From the sequence record LR745208.1: DNA of 64,000 bases; one strand, written 5' to 3'. The notes under the pieces were generated by a model, which ran no database searches, was not told where the DNA came from, and saw only the letters and a list, made by a program, of their open reading frames with translations. Below, piece by piece: positions 62,127-64,000 of this stretch; position 1 is the first letter of the stretch, and every line of letters begins with the position of its first letter. Position numbers and translations under genes: made by a program.

Positions 62127-63053
62127 ATGCTCAAACCCCCCTTCAAATGGCCCGGCGGCAAACGCCGCATGCTCCCTCAAATTCTGCCTCTCCTTCCCGA
62201 ATCCTACGGCACGTATATTGAGCCCTTCTTGGGCGGAGGGGCAGTCCTGCTGGCCTTGTTGCCCCCAAGGGCACTGGTAGGGGACTTCAACCCCAAGCTC
62301 ATCGAGGTTTTCGAGGCCCTCCGGGATGAATGTGAGGATGTCATCCAACTAGTCGGGTCTCTGACTACCAAGACAGCCCCAGGAGGGGAGTGCCTGAGCG
62401 AGGAGGAGTTCCTGAGCCTTGCTACGGAAGCTAGTGCTGACTTGGCTGTTGGGGAAGCGGACTACTACAGAGTCCGAGCGGATATGCCAACGACTAGGGC
62501 GGGCAGGGCAGCTAGATTCATCTACCTTAATCAGCATGGTTTCAACGGGCTCAATAGGGAAAATTCCAAAGGTGAGTTCAATGTCCCTTTTGGGCATCGA
62601 CTAAATGTTGCCTTGGATGTGGACAACCTTCGCAAGGTTGCAAAGTACCTTGGGTCTGGGCAGGTCAAGTTGACCTGTCAGGATTGGAAGGTTTTGACCG
62701 GGCTGGCCCAACCAGGGGACCTAGTATTTATGGATCCCCCCTATTTTGAGGGGTTCACGGATTATTGTGCTGGGGGTTTTGAGGGCAGGGACTTGGATGT
62801 CCTCTACCGAGAAGTCCATCGGCTCCACGAGCAGGGGATTCATGTGATCCTGACCAACTCCCATTGTCAAGAGGTCCTGGACCGATTTCAAGAATTCACC
62901 CTCATACCTGTTGGGGGGAGCTACAGAATCGGAGGGGGTCATGGGCGCAAGAACAAGAAAATGGAGGTCATCATCTCCAACTTGGCTCCCGAGCCACCAC
63001 CTCAAGGGGCACTGGACTTCTTCAGCCTGGGGAAAAATCACGAGGAGCCATAG
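62127..63053 (+). CDS. dam: Dam-family DNA adenine methyltransferase
   Basis: FKWPGGKR, YIEPFLGGG, FIYLNQHGFNGL, DPPY. Confidence 0.9.
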   Translation: MLKPPFKWPGGKRRMLPQILPLLPESYGTYIEPFLGGGAVLLALLPPRALVGDFNPKLIEVFEALRDECEDVIQLVGSLTTKTAPGGECLSEEEFLSLATEASADLAVGEADYYRVRADMPTTRAGRAARFIYLNQHGFNGLNRENSKGEFNVPFGHRLNVALDVDNLRKVAKYLGSGQVKLTCQDWKVLTGLAQPGDLVFMDPPYFEGFTDYCAGGFEGRDLDVLYREVHRLHEQGIHVILTNSHCQEVLDRFQEFTLIPVGGSYRIGGGHGRKNKKMEVIISNLAPEPPPQGALDFFSLGKNHEEP

Positions 63054-64000
63054 GTGACCCCCGTTCCACCCGTCCCCACACCTGTCTCCACATGGGCAGC
63101 CTTAAAGGGCTGGACCCTTCGGGCACGGATCAATCCCGTGGGGGATGTATGGGAATACAACTTTTGGGACCCCAAGGTGGCCAATTATGCTCTCCCATGG
63201 AGTGCGGACTCCCTGAAGAACAATGTTTTCCGTCGGATGGCAGATGGCTTGGCCCTGGGAGACAGCCTGTCTTTTGACCAAGTCCACATCGATGACCTAA
63301 GTTCAATGACGCTCAAGGCCCGGAAGGAATATGACCGTGACGGTGACGATGGGGACAAGGAGCCTTCTTACGGGTTGGCCCCGGGGGCTGCCGTTTGGCT
63401 GGTCAACCCGGTTTTACCAAAGGAGACATGGGTTTCTATGTCCGTCCATTCGGTTAACGGGGAAAACGCCACCTGTGACTGGTTTGATGAGCGTGGTGGC
63501 TTCCACCGAGTAGAATTCCGACAGTCCTCACTCAAGATCATAGACCCAAAGGAAGCGGCGTCCAATGTCATCCTGGCCAAGGCCCATGCCCAGCAAGCAC
63601 GCCAGAACCTTGCAGACGTGGGGAGCAAGACCGCAGTCCGCGATGCCCTCTCGAACCTCACGGCGGCTGTGGAGCACCTTGCGGATGCCAAAACCGCTAA
63701 GCCCAATGAGATCAAGGAGAGGGCACTAGATCCCGATGTTAAGCGGATTGGAGAGTCTGTCGCGAAAGAGCTTGGGACAGATGACAGTAAGAGCACCGCC
63801 TACAAGGGCGATGGCCAAGATGGCTATGATGATATGACCCTTGCCCGTGAGTGGTTGTCACACATGACCTTGATGACCCACAAGGGAGTTCTGGAATTGA
63901 TCGAGTCGATTGTCAAGTCTCCTAAGGACCCACGGTGGATAATTCGGGATCTCTTTAATTGGGGAAACTCTAAGGACCCCATCCTGGTTGACCTGATTGA
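63054..64000 (+). CDS. Hypothetical protein, partial, with a DUF2158-like segment
   Basis: GTG 63054 with SD GAGGAG; frame open to the window end; MSVHSVNGENATCDWFD. Confidence 0.6.
   Translation, partial: MTPVPPVPTPVSTWAALKGWTLRARINPVGDVWEYNFWDPKVANYALPWSADSLKNNVFRRMADGLALGDSLSFDQVHIDDLSSMTLKARKEYDRDGDDGDKEPSYGLAPGAAVWLVNPVLPKETWVSMSVHSVNGENATCDWFDERGGFHRVEFRQSSLKIIDPKEAASNVILAKAHAQQARQNLADVGSKTAVRDALSNLTAAVEHLADAKTAKPNEIKERALDPDVKRIGESVAKELGTDDSKSTAYKGDGQDGYDDMTLAREWLSHMTLMTHKGVLELIESIVKSPKDPRWIIRDLFNWGNSKDPILVDLI

Noticed and set aside
1-64000. Stop-codon reassignment, suggested by the phage release factor
   Set aside because: TAA, TAG and TGA all end well-conserved genes, and long genes are intact under the standard code
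1-64000. CRISPR array, rRNA, integrase or transposase
   Set aside because: No regularly spaced repeats or corresponding motifs were found by eye

Overview
A gene-dense, GC-rich (about 55-60% by eye) segment of a large (jumbo-like) phage or phage-derived element. It covers the early/accessory region: no capsid, tail or terminase genes, and no tRNA, rRNA or CRISPR array was recognised. Genes run on the minus strand from 1 to about 44.7 kb and on the plus strand after that. The two exceptions are an inverted zincin gene (2700-3779) and an inverted HNH gene (50834-51574). Recognisable products: a truncated RF1-like release factor, a PncB fragment, a PncC/CinA-NadD fusion, an ATP-dependent DNA ligase, an Rnl2-like RNA ligase, an RNase AS-like exonuclease, a sigma70-family factor, two HNH endonucleases, two ATP-grasp proteins, a YspA SLOG protein, a CX5R phosphatase, a methyltransferase-SF2 helicase fusion and a Dam-like methylase. 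The most notable observations are four. (1) The release-factor gene lacks domain 1 and the PxT stop-codon loop, yet carries an exact prfB-type +1 frameshift cassette (GGAGG-GGT-CTT-TGA-C), suggesting a termination-sensing ribosome-rescue switch. (2) Thirteen copies of a sigma28/FliA-type promoter (TAAA-N15-RCCGATAR) precede small gene cassettes, while the phage sigma gene has a sigma70 promoter. (3) Several stand-alone host-protein domains could be decoys: a Ubl ending in GG, the EF-Ts N-domain, RuvA domain III and the HigA N-domain. (4) Two giant paralogues share a C-terminal domain and a helical repeat that also occurs as a free-standing small protein. Several apparent 1-2 nt deletions indicate decay or long-read errors. 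All family assignments come from motif recognition by eye, not database searches.
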